From: the human T2T-CHM13v2.0 reference genome, Homo sapiens
DNA length: 64,000 nt
Direction: 5' to 3' (one strand)
NCBI RefSeq assembly: GCF_009914755.1
Contig: NC_060925.1
A program made the position numbers and the translations under genes. This document shows, in pieces, positions 15,001-29,300 of the stretch (positions are counted from its first letter, which is position 1; each line of letters opens with the position of its first letter). Below the pieces are notes generated by a model, which saw only the letters and a list, made by a program, of their open reading frames with translations, made no database searches and had not been told where the DNA came from.

Positions 15001-18000
15001 CAATCATCGAATGGTCTCGAATGGAATCATCTTCAAATGGAATGGAATGGAATCATCGCATAGAATCGAATGGAATTATCATCGAATGGAATCGAATGGA
15101 ATCAACATCAAACGGAAAAAAACGGAATTATCGAATGGAATCGAAGAGAATCATCGAATGGACCCGAATGGAATCATCTAATGGAATGGAATGGAATAAT
15201 CCATGGACTCGAATGCAATCATCATCGAATGGAATCGAATGGAATCATCGAATGGACTCGAATGGAATAATCATTGAACGGAATCGAATGGAATCATCAT
15301 CAGATGGAAATGAATGGAATCATCATCGAATGGAATCGAATACAATTATGGAATGAAATCCAGTGTGATCATCATCGAATGGACCCGAATGGAATCATCA
15401 TCCAACGGAAGCTAATGGAATCAACATCGAATGAATCAAATGGAAACACCATCGAATTGAAACGAATGGAATTATCATGAAATTGAAATGGATGGACTCA
15501 TCATCGAATGGATTCGAATGGAATCATCGAATAAAATTGATTGAAATCATCATCGAATGGAATCGAATGGTATCATTGAATGGAATCGAATGGAATCATC
15601 ATCAGATGGAAATGAATGGAATCGTCATAGAATGGAATCGAATGGATTCATTGAATGGAATCAGATGGAATCATCGAATGGACTGGAATGGGATCATTGA
15701 ATGGACTCAAAAGGGATCATGATTGAATGGAATTGAATGGAATCATCGAATGGTCTCGATTGGAATCATTATCAAATGGAATCGAATGGAATCACCGAAT
15801 AGAATCGAATGGAACAATCATCGAATGGACTCAAATGGAATTATCCTCAAATGGAATCGAATGGAATTATCGAATGCAATCGAATGGAATTATCGAATGC
15901 AATCGAATAGAATGATCGAATGGACTCGAATGGAATCATCGAATGGAATGCAATGGAACAGTCAATGAACTCGAATGGAATCATCATTGAATGGAATCGA
16001 ATGGAATCATCGATTGGAATCGAATGGAATTATGATCAAATGGAATCGAATGTAATCCTCATCAAATGGAATCAAAAATAACCATCATCAATTGGTATTG
16101 AATGGAATTGTCATCAAATGGAATTCAAAGGAATCATCATCAAATGGAACCGAATGGAATCCTCATTGAATGGAAATGAAAGGGGTCATCATCTAATGGA
16201 ATCGCATGGAATCATCATCAAATGGAATCGAATGGAATCATCATCAAATGGAATCTAATGGAATCATTGAACAGAATTGAATGGAATCGTCATCGAATGA
16301 ATTGAATGCAATCATCGAATGGTCTCGAATGGAATCATCTTCTAATGGAAAGGAATGGAATCATCGCATAGAATCGAATGGAATTATCATCGAATGGAAT
16401 CGAATGGTATCAACACCAAACGGAAAAAAACGGAATTATCGAATGGAATCGAAGAGAATCTTCGAACGGACCCGAATGGAATCATCTAATGGAATGGAAT
16501 GGAATAATCCATGGACTCGAATGCAATCATCATCGAATGGAATCGAATGGAATCATCGAATGGACTCGAATGGAATAATCATTGAACGGAATCGAATGGA
16601 ATCATCATCGGATGGAAACGAATGGAATCATCATCGAATGGAAATGAAAGGAGTCATCATCTAATGGAATTGCATGGAATCATCATAAAATGGAATCGAA
16701 TGGAATCAACATCAAATGGAATCAAATGGAATCATTGAACGGAATTGAATGGAATCGTCATCGAATGAATTGACTGCAATCATCCAATGGTCTCGAATGG
16801 AATCATCTTCAAATGGAATGGAATGGAATCATCGCATAGAATCGAATGGAATTATCATCGAATGGAATCGAATGGAATCAACATCAAACGGAAAAAAACG
16901 GAATTATCGAATGGAATCGAAGAGAATCATCGAATGGACCCGAATGGAATCATCTAATGGAATGGAATGGAATAATCCATGGACTCGAATGCAATCATCA
17001 TCGAATGGAATCGAATGGAATCATCGAATGGACTCGAATGGAATAATCATTGAACGGAATCGAATGGAATCATCATCGGATGGAAATGAATGGAATCATC
17101 ATCGAATGGAATCGAATACAATTATGGAATGAAATCCAGTGTGATCATCATCGAATGGACCCGAATGGAATCATCATCCAACGGAAGCTAATGGAATCAA
17201 CATCGAATGAATCAAATGGAAACACCATCGAATTGAAACGAATGGAATTATCATGAAATTGAAATGGATGGACTCATCATCGAATGGATTCGAAAGGAAT
17301 CATCGAATAAAATTGATTGAAATCATCATCGAATGGAATCGAATGGTATCATTGAATGGAATCGAATGGAATCATCATCAGATGGAAATGAATGGAATCG
17401 TCATAGAATGGAATCGAATGGATTCATTGAATGGAATCAGATGGAATCATCCAATGGACTGGAATGGAATCATTGAATGGACTCGAAAGGGATCATGATT
17501 GAATGGAATTGAATGGAATCATCGAATGGTCTCGATTGGAATCATTATCAAATGGAATCGAATGGAATCACCGAATAGAATCGAATGGAACAATCATCGA
17601 ATGGACTCAAATGGAATTATCCTCAAATGGAATCGAATGGAATTATCGAATGCAATCGAATGGAATTATCGAATGCAATCGAATAGAATGATCGAATGGA
17701 CTCGAATGGAATCATTGAATGGAATGGAATGGAACAGTCAATGAACTCGAATGGAATCATCATTGAATGGAATCGAATGGAATCATCGAGTGGAATCGAA
17801 TGGAATTATGATCAAATGGAATCGAATGTAATCATCATCAAATGGAATCAAAAATAACCATCATAAATTGGTATTGAATGGAATTGTCATCAAATGGAAT
17901 TCAAAGGAATCAATATCAAATGGAACCGAATGGAATCCTCATTGAATGGAAATGAAAGGGGTCATCATCTAATGGAATCGCATGGAATCATCATCAAATG

Positions 18001-19672
18001 GAATCGAATGGAATCATCATCAAATGGAATCTAATGGAATCATTGAACAGAATTGAATGGAATCGTCATCGAATGAATTGAATGCAATCATCGAATGGTC
18101 TCGAATGGAATCATCTTCTAATGGAAAGGAATGGAATCATCGCATAGAATCGAATGGAATTATCATCGAATGGAATCGAATGGTATCAACACCAAACGGA
18201 AAAAAACGGAATTATCGAATGGAATCGAAGAGAATCTTCGAACGGACCCGAATGGAATCATCTAATGGAATGGAATGGAATAATCCATGGACTCGAATGC
18301 AATCATCAACGAATGGAATCGAAGGGAATCATCGAATGGACTCGAACGGAATAATCATTGAACGGAATCGAATGGAATCATCATCGGATGGAAACGAATG
18401 GAATCATCATCGAATGGAAATGAAAGGAGTCATCATCTAATGGAATTGCATGGAATCATCATAAAATGGAATCGAATGGAATCAACATCAAATGGAATCA
18501 AATGGAATCATTGAACGGAATTGAATGGAATCGTCATCGAATGAATTGACTGCAATCATCGAATGGTCTCGAATGGAATCATCTTCAAATGGAATGGAAT
18601 GGAATCATCGCATAGAATCGAATGGAATTATCATCGAATGGAATCGAATGGAATCAACATCAAACGGAAAAAAACGGAATTATCGAATGGAATCGAAGAG
18701 AATCATCGAATGGACCCGAATGGAATCATCTAATGGAATGGAATGGAATAATCCATGGACTCGAATGCAATCATCATCGAATGGAATCGAATGGAATCAT
18801 CGAATGGACTCGAATGGAATAATCATTGAACGGAATCGAATGGAATCATCATCGGATGGAAATGAATGGAATCATCATCGAATGGAATCGAATAGAATTA
18901 TGGAATGAAATCCAGTGTGATCATCATCGAATGGACCCGAATGGAATCATCATCCAACGGAAGCTAATGGAATCAACATCGAATGAATCGAATGGAAACA
19001 CCATCGAATTGAAACGAATGGAATTATCATGAAATTGAAATGGATGGACTCATCATCGAATGGATTCGAATGGAATCATCGAATAAAATTGATTGAAATC
19101 ATCATCGAATGGAATCGAATGGTATCATTGAATGGAATCGAATGGAATCATCATCAGATGGAAATGAATGGAATCGTCATAGAATGGAATCGAATGGATT
19201 CATTGAATGGAATCAGATGGAATCATCGAATGGACTGGAATGGAATCATTGAATGGACTCGAAAGGGATCATGATTGAATGGAATTGAATGGAATCATCG
19301 AATGGTCTCGATTGGAATCATTATCAAATGGAATCGAATGGAATCACCGAATAGAATCGAATGGAACAATCATCGAATGGACTCAAATGGAATTATCCTC
19401 AAATGGAATCGAATGGAATTATCGAATGCAATCGAATGGAATTATCGAATGCAATCGAATAGAATCATCGAATGGACTCGAATGGAATCATCGAATGGAA
19501 TGGAATGGAACAGTCAATGAACACGAATGGAATCATCATTGAATGGAATCGAATGGAATCATCGAGTGGAATCGAATGGAATTATGATCAAATGGAATCG
19601 AATGTAATCATCATCAAATGGAATCAAAAATAACCATCATCAATTGCTATTGAATGGAACTGTCATCAAATG

Positions 19673-20342
19673 GAATTCAAAGGAATCATCATCAAATGGA
19701 ACCGAATGGAATCCTCATTGAATGGAAATGAAAGGGGTCATCATCTAATGGAATCGCATGGAATCATCATCAAATGGAATCGAATGGAATCATCATCAAA
19801 TGGAATCTAATGGAATCATTGAACAGAATTGAATGGAATCGTCATCGAATGAATTGAATGCAATCATCGAATGGTCTCGAATGGAATCATCTTCTAATGG
19901 AAAGGAATGGAATCATCGCATAGAATCGAATGGAATTATCATCGAATGGAATCGAATGGTATCAACACCAAACGGAAAAAAACGGAATTATCGAATGGAA
20001 TCGAAGAGAATCTTCGAACGGACCCGAATGGAATCATCTAATGGAATGGAATGGAATAATCCATGGACTCGAATGCAATCATCATCGAATGGAATCGAAT
20101 GGAATCATCGAATGGACTCGAATGGAATAATCATTGAACGGAATCGAATGGAATCATCATCGGATGGAAACGAATGGAATCATCGAATGAACTCGAATGG
20201 AATCATCATTGAATGGAATCGAATGGAATCATCGAGTGGAATCGAATGGAATTATGATCAAATGGAATCGAATCTAATCATCATCAAATGGAATCAAAAA
20301 TAACCATCATCAATTGGTATTGAATGGAATTGTCATCAAATG
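19673..20342 (+). repeat. 670-bp truncated unit (1106 bp missing)
   Basis: Spacing 19833 to 20503; junction GGAAACGAATGGAATCATCGAATGAACTCG near 20166-20195. Confidence 0.9.
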
Positions 20343-23300
20343 GAATTCAAAGGAATCATCATCAAATGGAACCGAATGGAATCCTCATTGAATGGAAATG
20401 AAAGGGGTCATCATCTAATGGAATCGCATGGAATCATCATCAAATGGAATCGAATGGAATCATCATCAAATGGAATCTAATGGAATCATTGAACAGAATT
20501 GAATGGAATCGTCATCGAATGAATTGAATGCAATCATCGAATGGTCTCGAATGGAATCATCTTCTAATGGAAAGGAATGGAATCATCGCATAGAATCGAA
20601 TGGAATTATCATCGAATGGAATCGAATGGTATCAACACCAAACGGAAAAAAACGGAATTATCGAATGGAATCGAAGAGAATCTTCGAACGGACCCGAATG
20701 GAATCATCTAATGGAATGGAATGGAATAATCCATGGACTCGAATGCAATCATCATCGAATGGAATCGAATGGAATCATCGAATGGACTCGAATGGAATAA
20801 TCATTGAACGGAATCGAATGGAATCATCATCGGATGGAAACGAATGGAATCATCATCGAATGGAAATGAAAGGAGTCATCATCTAATGGAATTGCATGGA
20901 ATCATCATAAAATGGAATCGAATGGAATCAACATCAAATGGAATCAAATGGAATCATTGAAAGGAATTGAATGGAATCGTCATCGAATGAATTGACTGCA
21001 ATCATCGAATGGTCTCGAATGGAATCATCTTCAAATGGAATGGAATGGAATCATCGCATAGAATCGAATGGAATTATCATCGAATGGAATCGAATGGAAT
21101 CAACATCAAACGGAAAAAAACGGAATTATCGAATGGAATCAAAGAGAATCATCGAATGGACCCGAATGGAATCATCTAATGGAATGGAATGGAATAATCC
21201 ATGGACTCGAATGCAATCATCATCGAATGGAATCGAATGGAATCATCGAATGGACTCGAATGGAATAATCATTGAACGGAATCGAATGGAATCATCATCG
21301 GATGGAAATGAATGGAATCATCATCGAATGGAATGGAATAGAATTATGGAATGAAATCCAGTGTGATCATCATCGAATGGACCCGAATGGAATCATCATC
21401 CAACGGAAGCTAATGGAATCAACATCGAATGAATCGAATGGAAACACCATCGAATTGAAACGAATGGAATTATCATGAAATTGAAATGGATGGACTCATC
21501 ATCGAATGGATTCGAATGGAATCATCGAATAAAATTGATTGAAATCATCATCGAATGGAATCGAATGGTATCATTGAATGGAATCGAATGGAATCATCAT
21601 CAGATGGAAATGAATGGAATCGTCATAGAATGGAATCGAATGGATTCATTGAATGGAATCAGATTGAATCATCGAATGGACTGGAATGGAATCATTGAAT
21701 GGACTCGAAAGGGATCATGATTGAATGGAATTGAATGGAATCATCGAATGGTCTCGATTGGAATCATTATCAAATGGAATCGAATGGAATCACCGAATAG
21801 AATCGAATGGAACAATCATCGAATGGACTCAAATGGAATTATCCTCAAATGGAATCGAATGGAATTATCGAATGCAATCGAATGGAATTATCGAATGCAA
21901 TCGAATAGAATCATCGAATGGACTCGAATGGAATCATCGAATGGAATGGAATGGAACAGTCAATGAACACGAATGGAATCATCATTGAATGGAATCGAAT
22001 GGAATCATCGAGTGGAATCGAATGGAATTATGATCAAATGGAATCGAATGTAATCATCATCAAATGGAATCAAAAATAACCATCATCAATTGGTATTGAA
22101 TGGAATTGTCATCAAATGGAATTCAAAGGAATCATCATCAAATGGAACCGAATGGAATCCTCATTGAATGGCAATGAAAGGGGTCATCATCTAATGGAAT
22201 CGCATGGAATCATCACCAAATGGAATCGAATGGAATCATCATCAAATGGAATCTAATGGAATCATTGAACAGAATTGAATGGAATCGTCATCGAATGAAT
22301 TGAATGCAATCATCGAATGGTCTCGAATGGAATCATCTTCTAATGGAAAGGAATGGAATCATCGCATAGAATCGAATGGAATTATCATCGAATGGAATCG
22401 AATGGTATCAACACCAAACGGAAAAAAACGGAATTATCGAATGGAATCGAAGAGAATCTTCGAACGGACCCGAATGGAATCATCTAATGGAATGGAATGG
22501 AATAATCCATGGACTCGAATGCAATCATCATCGAATGGAATCGAATGGAATCATCGAATGGACTCGAATGGAATAATCATTGAACGGAATCGAATGGAAT
22601 CATCATCGGATGGAAACGAATGGAATCATCATCGAATGGAAATGAAAGGAGTCATCATCTAATGCAATTGCATGGAATCATCATCAAATGGAATCGAATG
22701 GAATCAACATCAAATGGAATCTAATGGAATCATTGAACAGAATTGAATGGAATCGTCATCGAATGAATTGACTGCAATCATCGAATGGTCTCGAATGGAA
22801 TCATCTTCTAATGGAAAGGAATGGAATCATCGCATAGAATCGAATGGAATTATCATCGAATGGAATCGAATGGAATCAACATCAAACGGAAAAAAACGGA
22901 ATTATCGAATGGAATCAAAGAGAATCATCGAATGGACCCGAATGGAATCATCTAATGGAATGGAATGGAATAATCCATGGACTCGAATGCAATCATCATC
23001 GAATGGAATCGAATGGAATCATCGAATGGACTCGAATGGAATAATCATTGAACGGAATCGAATGGAATCATCATCGGATGGAAATGAATGGAATCATCAT
23101 CGAATGGAATGGAATAGAATTATGGAATGAAATCCAGTGTGATCATCATCGAATGGACCCGAATGGAATCATCATCCAACGGAAGCTAATGGAATCAACA
23201 TCGAATGAATCAAATGGAAACACCATCGAATTGAAACGAATGGAATTATCATGAAATTGAAATGGATGGACTCATCATCGAATGGATTCGAATGGAATCA

Positions 23301-26300
23301 TCGAATAAAATTGATTGAAATCATCATCGAATGGAATCGAATGGTATCATTGAATGGAATCGAATGGAATCATCATCAGATGGAAATGAATGGAATCGTC
23401 ATAGAATGGAATCGAATGGATTCATTGAATGGAATCAGATGGAATCATCCAATGGACTGGAATGGAATCATTGAATGGACTCGAAAGGGATCATGATTGA
23501 ATGGAATTGAATGGAATCATCGAATGGTCTCGATTGGAATCATTATCAAATGGAATCGAATGGAATCACCGAATAGAATCGAATGGAACAATCATCGAAT
23601 GGACTCAAATGGAATTATCCTCAAATGGAATCGAATGGAATTATCGAATGCAATCGAATGGAATTATCGAATGCAATCGAATAGAATCATCGAATGGACT
23701 CGAATGGAATCATCGAATGGAATGGAATGGAACAGTCAATGAACACGAATGGAATCATCATTGAATGGAATCGAATGGAATCATCGAGTGGAATCGAATG
23801 GAATTATGATCAAATGGAATCGAATGTAATCATCATCAAATGGAATCAAAAATAACCATCATCAATTGGTATTGAATGGAATTGTCATCAAATGGAATTC
23901 AAAGGAATCATCATCAAATGGAACCGAATGGAATCCTCATTGAATGGAAATGAAAGGGGTCATCATCTAATGGAATCGCATGGAATCATCACCAAATGGA
24001 ATCGAATGGAATCATCATCAAATGGAATCTAATGGAATCATTGAACAGAATTGAATGGAATCGTCATCGAATGAATTGAATGCAATCATCGAATGGTCTC
24101 GAATGGAATCATCTTCTAATGGAAAGGAATGGAATCATCGCATAGAATCGAATGGAATTATCATCGAATGGAATCGAATGGTATCAACACCAAACGGAAA
24201 AAAACGGAATTATCGAATGGAATCGAAGAGAATCTTCGAACGGACCCGAATGGAATCATCTAATGGAATGGAATGGAATAATCCATGGACTCGAATGCAA
24301 TCATCATCGAATGGAATCGAATGGAATCATCGAATGGACTCGAATGGAATAATCATTGAACGGAATCGAATGGAATCATCATCGGATGGAAACGAATGGA
24401 ATCATCATCGAATGGAAATGAAAGGAGTCATCATCTAATGCAATTGCATGGAATCATCATCAAATGGAATCGAATGGAATCAACATCAAATGGAATCTAA
24501 TGGAATCATTGAACAGAATTGAATGGAATCGTCATCGAATGAATTGACTGCAATCATCGAATGGTCTCGAATGGAATCATCTTCTAATGGAAAGGAATGG
24601 AATCATCGCATAGAATCGAATGGAATTATCATCGAATGGAATCGAATGGTATCAACACCAAACGGAAAAAAACGGAATTATCGAAAGGAATCGAAGAGAA
24701 TCTTCGAACGGACCCGAATGGAATCATCTAATGGAATGGAATGGAATAATCCATGGACTCGAATGCAATCATCATCGAATGGAATCGAATGGAATCATCG
24801 AATGGACTCGAATGGAATAATCATTGAACGGAATCGAATGGAATCATCATCGGATGGAAATGAATGGAATCATCATCGAATGGAATCGAATAGAATTATG
24901 GAATGAAATCCAGTGTGATCATCATCGAATGGACCCGAATGGAATCATCATCCAACAGAAGCTAATGGAATCAACATCGAATGAATCGAATGGAAACACC
25001 ATCGAATTCAAACGAATGGAATTACCATGAAATTGAAATGGATGGACTCATCATCGAATGGATTCGGATGGAATCATCGAATAAAATTGATTGAAATCAT
25101 CATCGAATGGAATCGAATGGTATCATTGAATGGAATCGAATGGAATCATCATCAGATGGAAATGAATGGAATCATCATAGAATGGAATCGAATGGATTCA
25201 TTGAATGGAATCAGATGGAATCATCGAATGGACTGGAATGGAATCATTGAATGGACTCAAAAGGTATCATGATTGAATGGAATTGAATGGAATCATCGAA
25301 TGGTCTCGATTGGAATCATTATTAAATGGAATCGAATGGAATCACCGAATAGAATCGAATGGAACAATCATCGAATGGACTCAAATGGAATTATCCTCAA
25401 ATGGAATCGAATGGAATTATCAAATGCAATCGAATGGAATTATCGAATGCAATCGAATAGAATCATCGAATGGACTCGAATGGAATCATCGAATGGAATG
25501 GAATGGAACAGTCAATGAACTCGAATGGAATCATCATTGAATGGAATCGAATGTAATCATCGAGTGGAATCGAATGGAATTATGATCAAATGGAATCGAA
25601 TGTAATCATCATCAAATGGAATCAAAAATAACCATCATCAATTGGTATTGAATGGAATTGTCATCAAATGGAATTCAAAGGAATCACCATCAAATGGAAC
25701 CGAATGGAATCCTCATTGAATGGAAATGAAAGGGGTCATCATCTAATGGAATCGCATGGAATCATCATCAAATGGAATCGAATGGAATCATCATCAAATG
25801 GAATCTAATGGAATCATTGAACAGAATTGAATGGAATCGTCATCGAATGAATTGAATGCAATCATCGAATGGTCTCGAATGGAATCATCTTCTAATGGAA
25901 AGGAATGGAATCATCGCATAGAATCGAATGGAATTATCATCGAATGGAATCGAATGGTATCAACACCAAACGGAAAAAAACGGAATTATCGAATGGAATC
26001 GAAGAGAATCTTCGAACGGACCCGAATGGAATCATCTAATGGAATGGAATGGAATAATCCATGGACTCGAATGCAATCATCATCGAATGGAATCGAATGG
26101 AATCATCGAATGGACTCGAATGGAATAATCATTGAACGGAATCGAATGGAATCATCATCGGATGGAAACGAATGGAATCATGATCGAATGGAAATGAAAG
26201 GAGTCATCATCTAATGGAATTGCATGGAATCATCATAAAATGGAATCGAATGGAATCAACATCAAATGGAATCAAATGGAATCATTGAACGGAATTGAAT

Positions 26301-29300
26301 GGAATCGTCATCGAATGAATTGACTGCAATCATCGAATGGTCTCGAATGGAATCATCTTCAAATGGAATGGAATGGAATCATCGCATAGAATCGAATGGA
26401 ATTATCATCGAATGGAATCGAATGGAATCAACATCAAACGGAAAAAAACAGAATTATCGTATGGAATCGAAGAGAATCATCGAGTGGACCCGAATGGAAT
26501 CATCTAATGGAATGGAATGGAATAATCCATGGACTCGAATGCAATCATCATCGAATGGAATCGAATGGAATCATCGAATGGACACGAATGGAATAATCAT
26601 TGAACGGAATCGAATGGAATCATCATCGGATGGAAATGAATGGAATCATCATCGAATGGAATCGAATAGAATTATGGAATGAAATCCAGTGTGATCATCA
26701 TCGAATGGACCCGAATGGAATCATCATCCAACGGAAGCTAATGGAATCAACATCGAATGAATCGAATGGAAACACCATCGAATTGAAACGAATGGATTTA
26801 TCATGAAATTGAAATGGATGGACTCATCATCGAATGGATTCGAATGGAATCATCGAATAAAATTGATTGAAATCATCATCCAATGGAATCGAATGGTATC
26901 ATTGAATGGAATCGAATGGAATCATCATCAGATGGAAATGAATGGAATCGTCATAGAATGGAATCGAATGGATTCATTGAATGGAATCAGATGGAATCAT
27001 CGAATGGACTGGAATGGAATCATTGAATGGACTCGAAAGGGATCATGATTGAATGGAATTGAATGGAATCATCGAATGGTCTCGATTGGAATCATTATCA
27101 AATGGAATCGAATGGAATCATCGAATAGAATCGAATGGAACAATCATCGAATGTACTCAAATGGAATTATCCTCAAATGGAATCGAATGGAATTATCGAA
27201 TGCAATCGAATGGAATTATCGAATGCAATCGAATAGAATCATCGAATGGACTCGAATGGAATCATCGAATGGAATGGAATGGAACAGTCAATGAACACGA
27301 ATGGAATCATCATTGAATGGAATCTAATGGAATCATCGAGTGGAATCGAATGGAATTATGATCAAATGGAATCGAATGTAATCATCATCAAATGGAATCA
27401 AAAATAACCATCATCAATTGCTATTGAATGGAATTGTCATCAAATGGAATTCAAAGGAATCATCATCAAATGGAACCGAATGGAATCCTCATTGAATGGA
27501 AATGAAAGGGGTCATCATCTAATGGAATCGCATGGAATCATCATCAAATGGAATCGAATGGAATCATCATCAAATGGAATCTAATGGAATCATTGAACAG
27601 AATTGAATGGAATCGTCATCGAATGAATTGAATGCAATCATCGAATGGTCTCGAATGGAATCATCTTCTAATGGAAAGGAATGGAATCATCGCATAGAAT
27701 CGAATGGAATTATCATCGAATGGAATCGAATGGTATCAACACCAAACGGAAAAAAACGGAATTATCGAATGGAATCGAAGAGAATCTTCGAACGGACCCG
27801 AATGGAATCATCTAATGGAATGGAATGGAATAATCCATGGACTCGAATGCAATCATCATCGAATGGAATCGAATGGAATCATCGAATGGACTCGAATGGA
27901 ATAATCATTGAACGGAATCGAATGGAATCATCATCGGATGGAAACGAATGGAATCATCATCGAATGGAAATGAAAGGAGTCATCATCTAATGGAATTGCA
28001 TGGAATCATCATAAAATGGAATCGAATGGAATCAACATCAAATGGAATCAAATGGAATCATTGAACGGAATTGAATGGAATCGTCATCGAATGAATTGAC
28101 TGCAATCATCGAATGGTCTCGAATGGAATCATCTTCAAATGGAAGGGAATGGAATCATCGCATAGAATCGAATGGAATTATCATCGAATGGAATCGAATG
28201 GAATCAACATCAAACGGAAAAAAACAGAATTATCGTATGGAATCGAAGAGAATCATCGAATGGACCCGAATGGAATCATCTAATGGAATGGAATGGAATA
28301 ATCCATGGACTCGAATGCAATCATCATCGAATGGAATCGAATGGAATCATCGAATGGACTCGAATGGAATAATCATTGAACGGAATCGAATGGAATCATC
28401 ATCGGATGGAAATGAATGGAATCATCATCGAATGGAATCGAATAGAATTATGGAATGAAATCCAGTGTGATCATCATCGAATGGACCCGAATGGAATCAT
28501 CATCCAACGGAAGCTAATGGAATCAACATCGAATGAATCGAATGGAAACACCATCGAATTGAAACGAATGGAATTATCATGAAATTGAAATGGATGGACT
28601 CATCATCGAATGGATTCGAATCGAATCATCGAATAAAATTGATTGAAATCATCATCAAATGGAATCGAATGGTATCATTGAATGGAATCGAATGGAATCA
28701 TCATCAGATGGAAATGAATGGAATCGTCATAGAATGGAATCGAATGGATTCATTGAATGGAATCAGATGGAATCATCGAATGGACTGGAATGGAATCATT
28801 GAATGGACTCGAAAGGGATCATTATTGAATGGAATTGAATGGAATCATCGAATGGTCTCGATTGGAATCATTACCAAATGGAATCGAATGGAATCACCGA
28901 ATAGAATCGAATGGAACAATCATCGAATGGACTCAAATGGAATTATCCTCCAATGGAATCGAATGGAATTATCGAATGCAATCGAATGGAATTATCGAAT
29001 GCAATCGAATAGAATCATCGAAAGGACTCGAATGGAATCATCGAATGGAATGGAATGGAACAGTCAATGAACTCGAATGGAATCATCATTGAATGGAATC
29101 GAATGGAATCATCGAGTGGAATTGAATGGAATTATGATCAAATGGAATCGAATGTAATCATCATCAAATGGAATCAAAAATAACCATCATCAATTGGTAT
29201 TGAATGGAATTGTCATCAAATGGAATTCAAAGGAATCATCATCAAATGGAACCGAATGGAATCCTCATTGAATGGAAATGAAAGGGGTCATCATCTAATG

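Noticed and set aside
28579-29070. Longer 163-aa ORF (also at 30355, 32131 and 39209)
   Set aside because: It results from a single TGA>TTA substitution joining two spurious ORFs. It is re-broken by other stops in neighbouring units, so there is no sign of coding selection.
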